A DNA stretch of 64,000 nt from Felis catus. Taxonomy: Eukaryota. This document shows, in pieces, positions 60,985 through 64,000 of this stretch. Below the pieces are notes generated by a model that saw only the letters and a program-made list of their open reading frames with translations, was not told where the DNA came from and searched no databases. The translations under genes were made by a program, and so were the position numbers. The stretch is from NCBI RefSeq assembly GCF_018350175.1, contig NC_058368.1, positions 70,372,001-70,436,000 of the forward strand. Reading direction: 5' to 3'. The stretch's first letter is position 1. Each line of letters begins with the position of its first letter.

Positions 60985-62640
60985 TGCAAATGTTTACTGT
61001 GCATCTATAATGCACCAGGCACTGTGCCTAGACATTTGGATGCATCAGCAAACAGTTCAAAGCCCATGACATATATACCTGAGTGCTGGACAGACAGTAT
61101 AGGATAGATTTCTAATATAAGGTCTGGAGGTAACTGATGATGTGTTGATATAAAATAAAGCAAGGTCAGTATAGAGAGAGTTACAGGTAATGCTATTTGC
61201 CTCGTATGGTCAGGGAAGGCCTCTCTGAGGAGGTGACGTTGATGGGAACCCTGGGAAATGGGAAGGAGTGAGCCATGTGGAGATATGAAAGAAGAGGGTG
61301 AGGATGGGAACTTGGGAGTGTTCAGCATCCATGGCTGTGTTATTCATAGCCATTGACTTGGATGAGATTATCTAGAGAGAGAATATTGAGAGAAATTTAG
61401 ACAGACAAGAGGAGAGGGGTACTCCCGGGTCACTCCATCAGTTAGAGAGTGCAGAGAGGAAGAAGAGCCAGCAGTGAAGACCAAGAAGCAATGAGTTGGG
61501 TGGAAGGAAGATGGGGAGTGTGTGATGTCCCGAAGCCAAGTGAAGAAAGTGTTTTCAGAAAGAAGCTTGAGCTGGTGGTTATCATACAGAAACAAATATT
61601 ATAATTAAATTCCCATCTCACTTAACCTACAAAAATAGGTTCCACTTGGATTAAAGACCCACATGTTCGGACCTGGGTGGCTAAGTCGGTTAAATGTCTC
61701 TTTTTTTTAAAATCTTTTTTTAATGTTTATTTTTGAGAGAGAGAGAGAGAGAGAGAGGCAGACTGCAAGTGGTGGAGGGGCAGAGAAAGAGAGGGAGACA
61801 CAGAATCCAGAAACAGGATCCAGGCTCAAGCTGTCAGCACAGAGATTGACACGGGGTTCGAACCCACAAACTATGAGATCGTGACCTGAGCCGGTCGCTC
61901 AACCGACTGAGCCATCCAGGCACCCCTTAAATGTCTGACTCTTGATCTCAGCTCAAGTCTTGATCTCAGGGTTGTGAGTTCAAGCCATGCTGGGCATGGA
62001 GCCTACTTTAAAAAAAAAAAAAAAAAGACCTACATGTGAAGAGCAAACCTTAAAAATTTTTTGAAGGAAGTATAGACAAATAATTTTATGACCTCAGCAA
62101 TGAAAGAATGTCTTTGTAAAAAAGACATGAAGAGCACATTCCATGGAGGAGGAAAATGAATAAATTTTACATTTCTATTCATTGAAAACCAATATTAAAA
62201 AGTAAAAAGACAAATTATGAACTGGGAGGAGATATTTGCAATGTATATAAGGACCAAAAAGCCTCTTAATAATTCAGAATGTATTTTTAAAAACTCCTAC
62301 AGATTACTAAGACAATGACACATAACCCAATAGAAAAATGGGCAGAGCCAAAGTTGGATGCTCAACCGACTGAGCCATCCAGGTGCCCCGATTTTTTTTT
62401 TTAAGAAGATGGGAGTGAATGTCCAACGTTGCTAAGAGGTCAACTGTGCTAAGGACAAAGGACTGACCATTGGATCTTGCCAGGTATGTGTCACTAATGA
62501 CTCGACTGAGCACAATTCCAGTGAGTCGTGGGTCGAAAGCCTGCCTGGAATGGATTGGAATAAAGAGAGGACGGGAGGTGAGGAAATGCGCACAGCAAGG
62601 GCCAGCCTGAGATTCTTCATCATGGGGAACAGAAAATAGT
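60985..62640 (-). mobile_element. L2 (60985-61565 and 62405-62640) split by an old plus-strand L1 fragment (~61600-62345)
   Basis: GGTCAGGGAAGGCCTCTCTGAGGAGGTGAC, GGATGAGATTATCTAG and GACCATTGGATCTTG L2 motifs; AACCCAATAGAAAAATGGGCA L1 motif. Confidence 0.8.
61669..62024 (+). mobile_element. Short Can-SINE containing an antisense Can-SINE (61700-61927)
   Basis: Outer TSD AAAGACC(C/T)ACATGT; inner TSD TTAAATGTCT. Confidence 0.9.
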
Positions 62641-62923
62641 GGGAAAGCAGGAAAAGAATAAAAAGGTATATATTCTTGAGCAAAATATTTTTAAAGCATC
62701 TAATAAGAAGTGAAAATAGTTCTTTCAGGAGAGACTATTAAGAACCACATCTATTCTTGCATAGTTGACAGATAAGAAGATACAATTCAAAAGTGAAGGA
62801 GCTGGTCTTAGATGAGAGTGTGAGAATTGTATATTCATATTATTGATGCAATAACAGTACTACCAAGGCTGGGTGGGTGGTGGTCTTCATGCAAGAGAGC
62901 AGAGCACACAGACGTACGTGATC

Positions 62924-63151
62924 TTTTTTTTTTAATGTTTTTTTTTTTAGTTTATTTATTTATGTATTTTGAGAGAGACAGAGTGAGTGGAGGATGGGCA
63001 GAGAGGGGGGAGGAGAGAGAGAGAATCCCATGCAGGCTTCATGCTCAGTATAGAGCCTGACGTAGGCCTTGAACCCACAAAACCGTAAGATCATGACCTG
63101 AGCTGAAATCAAGAGTCAGACGCTCCACCAACTGAAGCACGCAGGTGCCCC
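62924..63151 (-). mobile_element. Can-SINE
   Basis: Reversed full SINE. Confidence 0.9.
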
Positions 63152-63715
63152 TAGAGTTTATTTCTAAGACAGACTGTATTTACATTCCTGGTATTTCCTG
63201 TGTTTAGTTACCTGTTCATCTCTGCTGGCACCCACCAATGTCTTGCTAGGTCCAGCCTGTCTCTGCAGTAACGGAATCCAACCTTACTGGGCACAAACCC
63301 AAACTATGTGCTATGCACTAGATAAAGTCACCTGACAAGGTGAGAGACCCCCCCACCCCCCACCACCAAAAGTTAGACCTAGATCAGCCCCGGTGATGCA
63401 CCAGCTTCTGATTCTAGGACTAACTTCTGGAGGCATTGGTCCTTCCTTCCATAGGGGATGGGAGGTCCAAATAGGAGACGATACAGAATGTGAAAGTTGA
63501 CAGAAGCAAAGGAGGTCCCAAGTAGGAAAAACCGGTGAGAAAAGGAAGGTCTGAGAAAACATATCCAAAGAAGGAAATGAGAGATGCTGCTGAAAACAGC
63601 AGTTACAGGAAACAGAGCCCAGAGGAAATTCAGGAAAGGAGCGCATTGCTCATCTAAGTAGAATGAACACTATACTAATGGCATTAGGTGTGTGAAATTA
63701 TACACTGGCTGACTC

Positions 63716-63855
63716 TTTTATTTTTATTTTTTAAGTTTATTTGTATGTATGTATGCATGTATGTATGTAATCTCTACACCCAACACAGAGCTCGAACTCA
63801 TACCCCGGAGATCAAGAGTTACATTCTCTTTTGACTGAGCCAACCAGGCACCCCT
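63716..63855 (-). mobile_element. Short Can-SINE with a (TATG)n tail
   Basis: Reversed short SINE. Confidence 0.88.
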
Positions 63856-63905
63856 GGATCTTTCATGTTTAGTATCTAATCCACTGTACTTAAATCTAGC
63901 TGGTA

Positions 63906-64000
63906 GGGGCACCTGGGTGGCTCAATCGGTTAAGCATCCGACTTCGGCTCAGGTCATGATCTCACGGTTCATGAGTTCGAGCCCCACATCAGGCTCTGTG
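63906..64000 (+). mobile_element. Can-SINE (cut by the window edge)
   Basis: GGGGCACCTGGGTGGCTCA head. Confidence 0.92.

Noticed and set aside
427..63912. Many recurrent ORFs such as 'MISQFVSSSP..GSVLTAQSLEPASDSVSPSLS'
   Set aside because: Translations of Can-SINE copies, not a gene family.
532..64000. tRNA-like A-box/B-box sequences
   Set aside because: These are SINE heads; no intact cloverleaf tRNA gene was seen.
1..64000. CRISPR array, operon-like or prokaryotic defence system, or NUMT
   Set aside because: No regularly spaced repeat-spacer array, dense ORF cluster or mitochondrial-like sequence; the window is ordinary mammalian intron, promoter and intergenic DNA.

Overview
Mammalian genomic DNA, almost certainly felid, judging by about 50 carnivore tRNA-derived Can-SINEs (including the young felid type) and felid/carnivore-type L1 ends. 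The only protein-coding sequence I can support is the first coding exon of DOCK9 (Zizimin-1) on the minus strand (6516-6388, 43 codons, phase-0 GT donor), inside a ~1.8 kb CpG-island promoter. Positions 1-6387 are DOCK9 intron 1. About 8.2-64 kb is repeat-rich upstream intergenic DNA: SINEs, L1, L2, MIR, MaLR/ERVL/ERV1 LTRs, and hAT and Tc1/mariner-pogo DNA transposons. I found no convincing new multi-gene system. The most interesting signals are small-scale: (1) a strong-Kozak upstream ATG in frame with DOCK9, separated from it by a single TGA; (2) a TSD-flanked 30-nt U6 snRNA retrocopy; (3) an internally primed L1 fragment; (4) a pogo/Tigger-like element with TIRs; (5) an intact ERV1-type solo LTR that appears to carry a foreign insert; (6) serial L1 3' transductions; (7) template-switch palindromes; (8) repeated reuse of the same retrotransposon target sites. 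Repeat family names come from recalled consensus sequences, not a database search. Boundaries of old repeats are approximate.
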